Below, one piece after another: positions 48,648-60,049 of a DNA stretch of 64,000 nt. Origin of the DNA: Hamiltosporidium tvaerminnensis FI-OER-3-3. Taxonomy: Eukaryota; Fungi; Microsporidia. Below the pieces are notes generated by a model. That model saw nothing but the letters and a program-made list of their open reading frames with translations. It did not search any database and was not told the DNA's origin. Numbering within the stretch: the stretch's first letter is position 1; each line of letters starts with the position of its first letter. A program made the translations under genes and the position numbers. The stretch lies in contig CM061246.1 of the NCBI GenBank assembly GCA_022605425.2, positions 1,550,001 through 1,614,000 of the forward strand, in the 5' to 3' direction.

Positions 48648-51593
48648 TCAATGTAAATATTTTTTGCATTTTTTACTTCCACATTGGCATTCCACGTTAA
48701 ATTCGTCTATTTCAAAAAAGTAATCATAAGATAATTCCTCATCAACTGTTATAATTCGTTTACTACAAATAAAAATATAGATATTATCTCCACAAACAAC
48801 CTTAGTTGAGTAGCAATTTGGATCACAAGAATGGTTGATATATTTTGCAAGTCCACCCAGCATAGTTGCATCAATAATCATATCATCATCATATTTAAAC
48901 ATATAACACCTGTCTTTTCCATAAAAAGATTCTCTGAAATTACTTTCAGTGACATCTATCATTTCTCCAATATATTTTATAACTGGTTCATCTGGAAGAA
49001 AAACACGATTGGCAAATAATCCATAGCCCTGTATTTGACTCTTTTTTAAGCAATAGCCTTTTTCTAATTCAACAAAATTTAAGAAATAAGTTAGAGTCAT
49101 ATTAAATTTTTTCAATAGAAAATATTTAGAAAAAAAATAAATTAATTTGCTGAAATTTGAATTTAGATAGTTTTCTTTTATAATCTGGTGTTCAAAATCT
49201 AAACACTCATGTTTGGATCTTTTACCTACATTTCTTTTCTTTTTTACATTTAAAAATGTTTTATAACCATCTTCATTCAATAAAAATAAATCTTCGATTG
49301 TAATTTCCTCTGAATTTGTTTGTAAATAAGAAATTTCAGGGAAAAAAACTTTATTTTCGTTTATCCAAAATGAAAATCCGTCGAAAAATAGAAAGTTTTT
49401 TGTTTTTTGAAGAAAAAATATTTTGCACCACAGATCATTCATATAAATAACATTTTTATATCTCAAACACATATTTAAATGTTTTTCTTTGTTGCTTTCA
49501 TTTCTTTCTTCTATTAGATATTTTTTCTTCTTCCTTCCTCTTTTCGTTTTTATCTTTCCTATTTCTTGTTCAGAAATTTCATTTTTTTCAGTGGCGTTTG
49601 CACTGCCCAATTCAATATTTTTGTCTTTCTGTGTTTCATTTTTTTCTTTTCTATTTTTGAAACAAACAATTTTTCCAAATTCAAAATATTGAACAAAAAA
49701 ATGATTTCTACATCTTGGAACAGTAGATTGCCCGATAAAAAGAATATTTAATGAACAATCGAAATGATAATATCCATCTTTACAATCAATACATTTAATA
49801 TTTGCTCCATTTTCTTTACAGAGCACACAAGAAAAACTTTTAATAGATTTGTAAATTATTTCCAACGGAAAAATATTTTCAGATTCCACCGATTTAATTT
49901 TTCGTTTTCTAATAATTTTTAAATTATTTGTGTGTTTATTTTCACTTTCTAAATCTTTTTTAAATGCTTCTTCTAATAATTGAGTATTTTTCTTTTTATA
50001 TTTTCGTTTGATTCTATTATTATTTAATTCACAATCAGAATTTTTTTCACAATTTAAATCCATTGTCTTTTCGAAGATGTCTTTGTAGTTTATACATCTA
50101 TTTTCAATTCCAGAAATTTTTTTATTGGTAACTGAAATCTTGATTCTGCGAAATTCAAGCCAGTAATAAAATACGCAACATATATGGACATACAAATTCG
50201 GAAACGAATTCTTAATACAAATTAAACGCGTACTTTGATGTACACTGAATCTTCTTAAATCTCTACAACAAATTAAACATTTTAAATCATCATTTTTATA
50301 GTAAATCAAATATTTTCTCAAAATTGAAGACTTATCCTTTTCTGTAAAATCTTCATTGAAAGAAAATAATTGATTTTCAAAATTTACAGCCTTTGAAAAA
50401 TCAATTTTCTTATTTTCTAAATTATTTTCAAATATATTTAAATTTGGAATGTTAAAATAAAAATCTATTGAATCGCAATTTTTATCTTTGTAATTACAAC
50501 TTTCGATAGAGTTTTCACTGTTTATTTTATTTTCTTCAACCTGATCATTTAAAATCAAAGTTTTTTCCATTTCATTTGTTTTAAAGTTAATATCTTCACT
50601 TTCTATATTTTCATTACAATCTACATCATATTCACTATCAGAATCATAATTAGAAATATTTCCAATAAAAATTTTATTATAATCAAAACCCAATCCTTCA
50701 GTACATTCAACACAAAGATAACTATTTTTACTTAACAATAAATAATTATCATAAGATATACGTGTATCACAATCAAGATGTATCCATCGATGACAAAAAT
50801 CGCATTGCATCATTTCAATATCAAAATCATCTGTTTTAAATTCTTTAAAACAAATATTGCACATTTCATTTTTTTTAAAAATAATTTCACAGTTCTGACA
50901 AAAAACAATATATTTTCCTAAAAAAAATAACAAAACATTTTCATATGAAAAAACATTGCAACTTATACAATATCTACAGTCTAAACAAATATCAAAAATA
51001 TTTTTTTCTTTTTTTATTTTATTTTCATACGAATGAAAAAACCGCTCACATTTTTTACAAATTGCAGTTTCTATGTTTTTACTAAAATTTTGTAAGATAT
51101 TGCTTATTTTTGCGGAAGATAAAAATTCTGATCTTTCGTTTTTCTCTTTGTTCGCTTCTATTATAGTTTCTTTATAATTTTGTAAATTTGATATAACTGA
51201 ATAGAATTTTAACGGATTGGTAAAAATTTGTTTTGCTGCATCATAAATTTCCAATTTCTTGATTTCTATTGGAAATTCTTTTTTTCTATCAAAATTTGTG
51301 TTTTCAAGTAAAATTTCATTTTTATTTTTAAAATCAGAATTTTTAAATTTATTAGTTAAATTAAAAAAAGAATTTGCAATATTTTTTTGCAATTCGAGTT
51401 CACAACGCTTATCAACGTTGCAATACTTACAGGTTCGTACTATTAAACATTCATTATTTACCTTTAAATGTTCTATTATACAGCTTCTATGTAGTGAAAC
51501 CGAACAATATGAACATTTATCCGTTGGAAAAGGATTTTCACAAAAGCTGCAAAGCTTTTCCAAATAAGGCGATGAAGCCTCAAACCATATCAT
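48648..51593 (-). CDS. Trithorax/MLL-like histone methyltransferase (PHD fingers, extended PHD, SET, post-SET)
   Basis: CNIC...MMQCDFCHRWIHLDC...CVEC (PHD), CVLCKENGANIKC...YYHFDC (ePHD), SQIQGYGLFA, AKYINHSCDPNC, EELSYDY, CQCGSKKCKKYL. Confidence 0.92.
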   Translation of the reverse strand: MIWFEASSPYLEKLCSFCENPFPTDKCSYCSVSLHRSCIIEHLKVNNECLIVRTCKYCNVDKRCELELQKNIANSFFNLTNKFKNSDFKNKNEILLENTNFDRKKEFPIEIKKLEIYDAAKQIFTNPLKFYSVISNLQNYKETIIEANKEKNERSEFLSSAKISNILQNFSKNIETAICKKCERFFHSYENKIKKEKNIFDICLDCRYCISCNVFSYENVLLFFLGKYIVFCQNCEIIFKKNEMCNICFKEFKTDDFDIEMMQCDFCHRWIHLDCDTRISYDNYLLLSKNSYLCVECTEGLGFDYNKIFIGNISNYDSDSEYDVDCNENIESEDINFKTNEMEKTLILNDQVEENKINSENSIESCNYKDKNCDSIDFYFNIPNLNIFENNLENKKIDFSKAVNFENQLFSFNEDFTEKDKSSILRKYLIYYKNDDLKCLICCRDLRRFSVHQSTRLICIKNSFPNLYVHICCVFYYWLEFRRIKISVTNKKISGIENRCINYKDIFEKTMDLNCEKNSDCELNNNRIKRKYKKKNTQLLEEAFKKDLESENKHTNNLKIIRKRKIKSVESENIFPLEIIYKSIKSFSCVLCKENGANIKCIDCKDGYYHFDCSLNILFIGQSTVPRCRNHFFVQYFEFGKIVCFKNRKEKNETQKDKNIELGSANATEKNEISEQEIGKIKTKRGRKKKKYLIEERNESNKEKHLNMCLRYKNVIYMNDLWCKIFFLQKTKNFLFFDGFSFWINENKVFFPEISYLQTNSEEITIEDLFLLNEDGYKTFLNVKKKRNVGKRSKHECLDFEHQIIKENYLNSNFSKLIYFFSKYFLLKKFNMTLTYFLNFVELEKGYCLKKSQIQGYGLFANRVFLPDEPVIKYIGEMIDVTESNFRESFYGKDRCYMFKYDDDMIIDATMLGGLAKYINHSCDPNCYSTKVVCGDNIYIFICSKRIITVDEELSYDYFFEIDEFNVECQCGSKKCKKYLH

Positions 51594-52924
51594 TAAGGGT
51601 TATTCGTTTTAAATATATTGTATGTTAATGGGTTAAAAAAATAAAAGCTGTAAATAACAAGAAAATTCGGATAAAGTGATTGTAGGACATATAATTATAA
51701 AAAACCGAAAAAGAATTCTTTGATTATTTATTGTCGATAGAGCAGTAAATGACCATACGTAGACATTTTAACTTCTTTTTATATGTTCAAATGGCTATGA
51801 TTTATATTACAATATTTTTTTGGCTCGTTTCTTCCTTACGAATGGAACACATATATGAGTTAATTGAACCTGCGAAAATTTATAGGCGTTCCAGAGATAT
51901 TTTCTTTTGATTGGTTAGATTTATTTTTAAGCTAATTACAACATTACACTTTAATACCTTAGATTCTTTTACTCGATTAAACAGCTATAATTAAATATTA
52001 CAATATTTTATGCAAATCATATCACGAAATGACAATTATTTTTACTGAATTTGGTTCTAAAGATGACTGCTAATTATTTTATTGTACGATAAGATTATGT
52101 CGTTAAAAAAATACATATTTATTGAATATTTTAAAATTATTAAATTCTTTCTTATTTCACGCCATTGCTTACTATGGCAATAAATTGCTACCTTATTGTT
52201 TGTTTATAAATACATATAAATGTGCAGAGATTTTGAAAAAAAAAATGTCTTTTCTTGAAAAAATTCGATTTAATTGAAAATATACGTGATTATGAGTGTA
52301 AACAGTACCGGTAATCTTTAAATGAGCAGATAAACCATTTTTACAAAAAAATAAGTTTTGGTTTCGAATGAATGATCTCATGAATTTGTAAGTGTAAAGA
52401 ATATGTCTACTATGAGAACTATATAACAAGTATTATTTTCCTAATAATCGAAATAGTTTTATAAAAATGAAAGTCTACAATACCAAACATGAAATATAAA
52501 AAAAATTAAATTTTGATGCGAAAATTAATTTTCGAATTTGTATAATGTGTAAAAAAATCAAGTGAAATAACAGCATTTCAAGTTGAAAGAGATATTTCTA
52601 ATAATATATACGGTACTCGTAATAAATATGGTGGTTCTAAAAAAATATTCAAAAATAAATGGTATGATGTGAGTAGAACAAGATTTTTTTATATAAAATG
52701 TAATATAGGTGTGATAATGTTAGGATATTGATTATATTCCCAAAATTACACAAAATTAAATTTTATGATAATTTTTAATACTGAAAAAATCAATATAATT
52801 AGAATTCTAGAATGGTAAAAATAATTTGTTTTTTAAAAAAAACCAAAAAAAGTCACAGAACAATCTAGGTTTTACCCATTTAGGTAAATTAGGATATATA
52901 TGAATAAAACGGCTTTTATTACCC

Positions 52925-55900
52925 ATGGAAATACTTAGAAAATCTTTATCGTTAAAAGAAAAAAATCAAAAAGTTAAATTTTTTGTGAATAGTTTGCTTA
53001 AGAAAGATGATTTATCTGATCTATTCTCTGACACAGACGATCCTTTCTCGCTTTCTAAAATTGGTAAGACATGTTTACTGCAATGGAATACAATATTGGA
53101 AAAATATGAGGGTATTTTGAAAGCAGAAAGTCATAAATATTTTCATAATCTGTTTCAGGTGAAAGGATTTGAGGCAAGTTTAAAGTCTAGGCTTATATTG
53201 CTGTTTAAGATTTTAATTTATATAATGAGAAATACTCATAATCACGAATTGTATATAATTGATTCAACGCATGCTAACTTTTTATATTCAAGTGATACAG
53301 ATATATCTTTTTATTCTTTTCTTTTTCATAATGAATTTTACAACGATTTTACACATCCGCATAATACAATGACAATTAATTATTTCAATTCATTGGATTT
53401 TTCCTTTTTTACCAAAAAAAAATATGAAATTTCTTCTGAATTCGAGAATGATATAATAGACATTAAGTTTACATATAAAGAGAAATTTATTACAGATTTT
53501 CAAAATGAAGTGCAAAAAAATATTCAAAACAATGTCTTTGATGTTCTATTGCCGATTTTTTACGAATTGTACTCTAAATATTCGAATGGCTCATTACTTT
53601 GTTCGCAAATATTTAAATATGAATTTTATAAAAATTCAGAATCTCAAAAGCTGCTCTCAATAGAAATATTGGCCAATTTACTTTATTTAAAAATATATTC
53701 AAAAATTCAACTCGAAATTATTTTATATTCCGTATATTTTTTTTGCACGAATTCGTTAGAAGATTGTTTCCTTGATAGTTTATCAATATTATCCACAAAT
53801 ATTTTTTTAATCGCTAAATACCATATTGAAACCGAAGAAACCGTATTTCTCAAAAATGTGATAGAACATATTAGTTTAAAACTTGACTCATGTTCTAATA
53901 TTTTACAAAATGAAATATATTCATGGCTTAAAACTCGGTTCTATATTTTGTTGAATTTTTTGAATAAAGATTTTATAAAGAAGCAAAAACCTATTAATCT
54001 ATTTCTAGAAATGGATTCAAAAAATATTTTTATGTATATTTGCCACATTTTATACGATCAATCGATATTTATAGATTTTATGAATGGTTTTATATCGAAT
54101 AATACATCCCAAATATTAAATGATTTTTACTTCAAAATATTCCATGAAGATACAAATTATGAAATTAAGGATGTTTTTGGTGTATATTGTCGAAATCATG
54201 AAGACTATAGTGAATATAAAATTTTGTTTTATCAAATATTTGCCAAAATCATAAATTACTTTGCCGAAAATCCACATCTAAATGAACATAATGGAATTAT
54301 TTATCCATTTTGTGAGTATTTTTATAGGTTTACAGAAAATATTAGTTTATATAATTCCACTTCTATAGATCACGTCTGTAAAATAACATTAGCAATTTTT
54401 TCTCACAGTGGAAATAATAATGTATTGTTTTATAAATTTCCAATTTTGAAAAACATATTAAAATACTATTTTTATCAATCGAAAAATGATACCACAGTAT
54501 TTTTAATACATAATATCATATATTTGATCAGATTAAATGCAAATTATTATTTATTTTATAATGATTCGCTTTTTCTAGAAAATTTTATAGATATGTGCTT
54601 TAAAAATGCTGAGTTTTCAGTTTACTTACTTCTTTTTCCGCTAGAAAAATACATGATGCTAACATATATACAAATTTATCTCAATAATCAAAATATATAT
54701 ATATTTAATCTTGATTTGCTTTTATGTCATTTAAATGATATGAATACCATAAGTAATGTAGATATGAACGTCTTCTTAAATTACAAAAAATATAGCGTAC
54801 CATTTTCATTCACATCCAAATATTTCGATTTTCTTAAAAGTATAAATGAATATAATATAGTTGAAACTTGTTCTTGTTATGATTTTCATTACAAACATGT
54901 GCTTGAATTAAGTGAAATGATTTTAAATAGTGTTTATTTAAAAATAAAATATGAAACAGAAATAGATATTTATTCTGCGATTCAAATAGAAGATTATCAT
55001 TATTATTGTACTGATGTTAGTTTTTTAATGAAAATAAATTATCTTATATTGAAGAAGCTTGCAAGTAATTTGTCAGAAAAATTTCTAATATCTGAATCAA
55101 TTCATCGTTTTATTTCGAACATAGAGATTGAAATACTTCTTGACTTGGTAAGCCTCGACAAAACAAATCCTAACTGTTACAAAAAAATTTCTAAATCATT
55201 TGTATTTCTTAAACATTTGGAAGAAAACATTGAACATGTATATTCTATCGAACAGCATATCTCTAGATACGAATGTATTAAACGAATCATTGGTATAGTT
55301 ACTTTAATTTACAAGAGGATGTTTTTATCGATCAAGTTACCCATTATTTCTATAAGCTCTGATGAAATAAACATTATGGATCTCGATAGTAAATTAAATG
55401 TACTTAATAATTCAGATATGGATATAATTTCGTTTATTTTCGAACAAAATTATGTTTTAATTTTGAAACTTTTATTAAGATTCCAAAAATTTCCAAGAAT
55501 AATACCACCGGAGGATTGTAACAAATCTATTGGATTTATATATTTTATACATAAAATATCATCTGATATGGTTACTTCAGATCCGAATTTGATTTCTATT
55601 TACTTTAGATATATAAATCAGAACATTGGAATACTTTATGAATACGAATATACAGAGTTAATTAATTTATTACAGATACTTATAAATCATTCGGTAAAAT
55701 ATTATTCCACATATCAAATTGATCTGCAGAGCGTTAAAAACAAAATTTTAAAAATTTTAAGAAGTCTCGTGAATAGAATAAATATATTTAACGAAACAAA
55801 AATTTATGAATTTATCGATTTAACATTTGAATTTTTAGAAGAAAATATTTCACTTTTAAGTTTAGAAGATTTTCTATTGTTTTTAAACGAACTAAGTTTA

Positions 55901-58900
55901 TCGTCAGAAAAAATTGAAAGAATTATTTCCGAGTTAAAATTATTCTCAAAAATTTTAGTTTTAATTGCAAAATTCGATAACCATTGTGTAAATGATTTAA
56001 ATAATACTGTAAATATTTTAGAAAACCCATTTTTACATCCTTTCTTGAACGATTTATTTTTAAATCTTAATTTTGCTGATTTTTTTAAAGAAGCTCAAAA
56101 AGATCAAGATTCAATTTTTTTCTTTATTTGTGAACACATTAATTTAATTGAGGATCCGAAAGTATATTTCGATAAAAATGCCAGTAAAATTGATAAATAT
56201 TTAAAAATATTAAGGTATAATATTGTGACAAATATAAATAACAATAAATCAATGGAATATAAAAAATCGAGTTTATTCCTACCAAATTTGAACGTTGATT
56301 ATAAAGAAGAATCAGATGTATTTATATACCTCATTTCCTTGGTAAGATTATCTAATTATTCCAACATTATATCTAAGTCAGAAATTTATACATATTTCGA
56401 CATTTCGAAGGTTTTGGAATTTTTAAAAATCACATGTAAGAAAAATCCAGAAAATAAAGATTTAATTTTAGATTGTGCATATACATATCTCATATCCTTA
56501 TTTGAAGACGAATTGTATTTAGTAAGTTCTTTTATTTATGTTATTCATTTTTATGACCATTTACCGAGTAATATTACCGAGTACTTTAATCAAAAGTTTA
56601 TTTATACACCTAAAATACAAAACAAAGATAATATTCATTCAAATCCTATAAAAGATGATGATATTAAGTTAAAGGCCACAATTTTACATGATATCATTAA
56701 TATTTTAAAACAAGAAGTATATTTTTACAAAATATTTGCGCTACAATTTTTATCAGAACTTATTGCAACATTCCCTTCTCTGTTAAATATTATAAAAAAT
56801 GATATACATAAGGATTTTATCAATAGATTAGAATTTACATATTTATTAGGTATCGAGTTTAATAGATCTAATTGTAGTGAATGGGATTTATGTTTTAGGT
56901 TTGGATACTTTATTACCGTTTCATTATATAGAGGTAGTCTAAATTATGCCAAAGAAATGATCGAAAAAATATGTTCGTTATTAAATGAAAGTAATCAACA
57001 CCGTTCTATAAATTTCATTTCATTGATTTACAAAATATTGGCTTCAGAGATTTGTTGTTGTAAGTATATTCAATATCTGAACATAATTAATCCTAAATTT
57101 TATGATAAAAATTGTAAAACAAACTGCGAAAAAAGAAAAAACGAAATTTTTAAAATATTTTTATCAAACAATATTTTAAACATATTATTATTAAAAGGCA
57201 AAGAGATATATAATGAAGAGATTTTTAGATCTAATTATATAAATGTTCTTATGGATCTTTGGGACGCCTTCTTTGAATATAGTAAAAATGGTAAAATTAA
57301 GATTGATAAAAAATATTTGATATGTTGCCTATTTCAGTTTTATGTGCCCAATTCTTCTGATATTTTATTTCCAAAGTGTCTCATCAAATACAAAAACCTA
57401 AAAATTGGTTCCATAAAAATTTCATCTAAATCTGAATTTCAAACATTTGAAAAGCTCAATCTAAAAAGATTATCTAAAATAAAAACCGTGGATTTCGGTT
57501 ATATTTTAAAATGCGATCACGAAATATGGAATTCCAGAGATTATGAATGTATAAAGTTTTTCGATCCAAAACTAAAGTCATCAAATAATTTTTATGCAGT
57601 GAATATTAATGGAATAGAAACCATAGCGATAGACTTTAAATCCAAATCTTTTCAAAATAAGCAAATCATTGATTGTTTAAAAAGAAAATTAAAATTGTAC
57701 GATTTACCAGAAGAAGTATACAAAGTTATAAATTCAAAATTGTTTTTAAAAGAAGCTACATTGGATATAAACATTGGCTGTGATCACCATAATAATATTT
57801 TCAATCTCGATAATATAATGTCTGATATATATGCAAATGTATTATTGAATACCAATCTTGTAGATAAAAAAGAATATTTTGAGCCTCAATTGTCTATTGT
57901 AGAAGGTAATTTTGATGAAAATGTTGTTTTGAAAGGTTTAATTTTCTTATGTATATTTTCTAAACCAGAAGATTTTATAGAACTGATAGAAATTAGTAAA
58001 AAAATATTAGATACTTATTCGAATCTGGAATGTTTAGAAAGATACATTGAAAGTATAGCGCATGAAATTGAAGATTCAAAATTAAATGAGGGAAATGAGA
58101 TGTATTTTGGAAAACTCGAAGGTTTTAAAAAAATCGCAACATTTTTCATGAGTAATAAGTATTTTATAAAAGAAGATTTATTATTTGAATTATTGTTCCT
58201 TGAATTATTTTTTTTCGATGAAAATGAAAGATATTTTTCAGGTATTTTTTTTAAATTTTCTGAAATTACTCATGAGTTCTTAAATTGGATGAAGTATATT
58301 AAACAATCAAAAAGGCAAAACATCGTTTTTGAAATTCTAAATACACAGAACAAGATATCAAAATGTGTTTTAGGGGATCTTTTGAATATTTTTTCGGTAT
58401 ATCTTGAAAAAATGAGATTCTATTTGATCAGCAAATATTTTTATTCAAATCTAAATTCTAGTGATCCAGAAATAAAACATTTTTACAAAGAAGCAGATAA
58501 TTTTTTTAGTCTTCTGAATCAAATAAATTTTATAGAAAAATATGACAAATCTGAGATCATTTTCAAATTTTTTGATACGATTCGGAAAAACCCACTGATT
58601 CCATATTTTATTAATTCTCTTGATATTGAAAATGAGATATTCATTTATTTATTTGATATTTATATAAAAATAATTGAAAAATGTTGTCAAATATATTTCA
58701 TAATAAGGCAAAGGGTTTTTAATTTTAAAAAGCTTGAAAACTATAAAAAATATTTTATATCAGAAGATTTTATCTGTTTTTTATTTGAAATTGATCATTT
58801 TGAATCAAAATTTCGGAATTTAAACGAGAAAAACATTGCAAAGATCGATAATCTGATTTCTTTTTTTTATAGGATAAAAAATATTTTTTCAAATTTCGAT

Positions 58901-60049
58901 AAAATATTTTTTAATTTCAGATGCTTATCGTTAAAAACCAAGTTACTGCTTATCCCCAAACCTGATCGAGATCAAAACCTGTTATTTGATTCATATGTTT
59001 TTCTTCAAATAGATCGAAATAATATTATTGAATCCACGATTGACGCTTTTAAAAACTTTTCAAACGAAATATTTAGTCAAAAAAACTGGTTCGTAAAATA
59101 TTCAAACGAAGAAGGTAGTGGCATAGGTCTTTTGTATGAATTCTTTAATATTTTTGGAAAATGTATCGATGAGAGTGATTATTTTGCACCATTTAAATCA
59201 CTAGAATTTATAATTATTTGCGTTTCATCACCAGAAGAACAAAATAAAATCGAACAACTTTACTATTTTACCGGTGTAATTATGGCAAAAAGTATATTTA
59301 TGAACTCAGTTATGAGCTTTGAATTTATAAATTCGTTTTATTTGTATTTATTACAAGAAAAATTCAATATTGAGGATTTGAAAGATATTGATTTTGAATA
59401 TTACAAAAATCTTATTTCTTTGAGAAATGTTGAAAACCACGATCCAGATTTAACCTTTGATATTTCTGTAAAAATTGGACAAAAAATCATTTCTCGAAAC
59501 CTCATCGAAAATGGTTCAGAAATAAAAGTTACCAAAGATAATTTGGAAGATTATATTCAAAAAATGGCAGAATTCAAAATGTTCAAAGGTATGGAAGTAT
59601 ATTTAGATAAGTTAAAAGAAGGATTTCAATCATTGTTTTATCATTGCTTTTATAATATGTTCACACACTCTGACTTAAAAATAGTAATAGAAGGTGAAAA
59701 AAGAATAAATATAAATGAATGGAAGGCAGCAACACGTTATGGAGGAAAATATTATACCGATCATCAACTTATTGTTTGGTTCTGGAATTTTTTAAGAAAA
59801 TCAGATGAAATTACAAAGCGTAAATTGTTGTTTTTTACTACCGGCTTGTCATATTTACCTATAGGTGGATTTAAATCTTCTAAATTTATTGATCATCCTT
59901 TTACAATAACCTCCGATGATAGAAAAGATTTATTTCCAAGGTCACAAACATGTTCCAATTTATTAATTTTACCTTTATACGATCAAGAAGATGTGTTATT
60001 AGATAAAATTGAACATGCAATCGAAGTTATAAATTATGGTTTTATGTAA
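52925..60049 (+). CDS. Large HECT E3 ubiquitin ligase (Tom1/HUWE1-like)
   Basis: 2374-aa ORF with a C-terminal HECT domain: EEGSGIGLLYEFF, WFWNFL, LLFFTTG, PRSQTCSNLLILPLY (catalytic Cys), YGFM end. Confidence 0.93.
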   Translation: MEILRKSLSLKEKNQKVKFFVNSLLKKDDLSDLFSDTDDPFSLSKIGKTCLLQWNTILEKYEGILKAESHKYFHNLFQVKGFEASLKSRLILLFKILIYIMRNTHNHELYIIDSTHANFLYSSDTDISFYSFLFHNEFYNDFTHPHNTMTINYFNSLDFSFFTKKKYEISSEFENDIIDIKFTYKEKFITDFQNEVQKNIQNNVFDVLLPIFYELYSKYSNGSLLCSQIFKYEFYKNSESQKLLSIEILANLLYLKIYSKIQLEIILYSVYFFCTNSLEDCFLDSLSILSTNIFLIAKYHIETEETVFLKNVIEHISLKLDSCSNILQNEIYSWLKTRFYILLNFLNKDFIKKQKPINLFLEMDSKNIFMYICHILYDQSIFIDFMNGFISNNTSQILNDFYFKIFHEDTNYEIKDVFGVYCRNHEDYSEYKILFYQIFAKIINYFAENPHLNEHNGIIYPFCEYFYRFTENISLYNSTSIDHVCKITLAIFSHSGNNNVLFYKFPILKNILKYYFYQSKNDTTVFLIHNIIYLIRLNANYYLFYNDSLFLENFIDMCFKNAEFSVYLLLFPLEKYMMLTYIQIYLNNQNIYIFNLDLLLCHLNDMNTISNVDMNVFLNYKKYSVPFSFTSKYFDFLKSINEYNIVETCSCYDFHYKHVLELSEMILNSVYLKIKYETEIDIYSAIQIEDYHYYCTDVSFLMKINYLILKKLASNLSEKFLISESIHRFISNIEIEILLDLVSLDKTNPNCYKKISKSFVFLKHLEENIEHVYSIEQHISRYECIKRIIGIVTLIYKRMFLSIKLPIISISSDEINIMDLDSKLNVLNNSDMDIISFIFEQNYVLILKLLLRFQKFPRIIPPEDCNKSIGFIYFIHKISSDMVTSDPNLISIYFRYINQNIGILYEYEYTELINLLQILINHSVKYYSTYQIDLQSVKNKILKILRSLVNRINIFNETKIYEFIDLTFEFLEENISLLSLEDFLLFLNELSLSSEKIERIISELKLFSKILVLIAKFDNHCVNDLNNTVNILENPFLHPFLNDLFLNLNFADFFKEAQKDQDSIFFFICEHINLIEDPKVYFDKNASKIDKYLKILRYNIVTNINNNKSMEYKKSSLFLPNLNVDYKEESDVFIYLISLVRLSNYSNIISKSEIYTYFDISKVLEFLKITCKKNPENKDLILDCAYTYLISLFEDELYLVSSFIYVIHFYDHLPSNITEYFNQKFIYTPKIQNKDNIHSNPIKDDDIKLKATILHDIINILKQEVYFYKIFALQFLSELIATFPSLLNIIKNDIHKDFINRLEFTYLLGIEFNRSNCSEWDLCFRFGYFITVSLYRGSLNYAKEMIEKICSLLNESNQHRSINFISLIYKILASEICCCKYIQYLNIINPKFYDKNCKTNCEKRKNEIFKIFLSNNILNILLLKGKEIYNEEIFRSNYINVLMDLWDAFFEYSKNGKIKIDKKYLICCLFQFYVPNSSDILFPKCLIKYKNLKIGSIKISSKSEFQTFEKLNLKRLSKIKTVDFGYILKCDHEIWNSRDYECIKFFDPKLKSSNNFYAVNINGIETIAIDFKSKSFQNKQIIDCLKRKLKLYDLPEEVYKVINSKLFLKEATLDINIGCDHHNNIFNLDNIMSDIYANVLLNTNLVDKKEYFEPQLSIVEGNFDENVVLKGLIFLCIFSKPEDFIELIEISKKILDTYSNLECLERYIESIAHEIEDSKLNEGNEMYFGKLEGFKKIATFFMSNKYFIKEDLLFELLFLELFFFDENERYFSGIFFKFSEITHEFLNWMKYIKQSKRQNIVFEILNTQNKISKCVLGDLLNIFSVYLEKMRFYLISKYFYSNLNSSDPEIKHFYKEADNFFSLLNQINFIEKYDKSEIIFKFFDTIRKNPLIPYFINSLDIENEIFIYLFDIYIKIIEKCCQIYFIIRQRVFNFKKLENYKKYFISEDFICFLFEIDHFESKFRNLNEKNIAKIDNLISFFYRIKNIFSNFDKIFFNFRCLSLKTKLLLIPKPDRDQNLLFDSYVFLQIDRNNIIESTIDAFKNFSNEIFSQKNWFVKYSNEEGSGIGLLYEFFNIFGKCIDESDYFAPFKSLEFIIICVSSPEEQNKIEQLYYFTGVIMAKSIFMNSVMSFEFINSFYLYLLQEKFNIEDLKDIDFEYYKNLISLRNVENHDPDLTFDISVKIGQKIISRNLIENGSEIKVTKDNLEDYIQKMAEFKMFKGMEVYLDKLKEGFQSLFYHCFYNMFTHSDLKIVIEGEKRININEWKAATRYGGKYYTDHQLIVWFWNFLRKSDEITKRKLLFFTTGLSYLPIGGFKSSKFIDHPFTITSDDRKDLFPRSQTCSNLLILPLYDQEDVLLDKIEHAIEVINYGFM

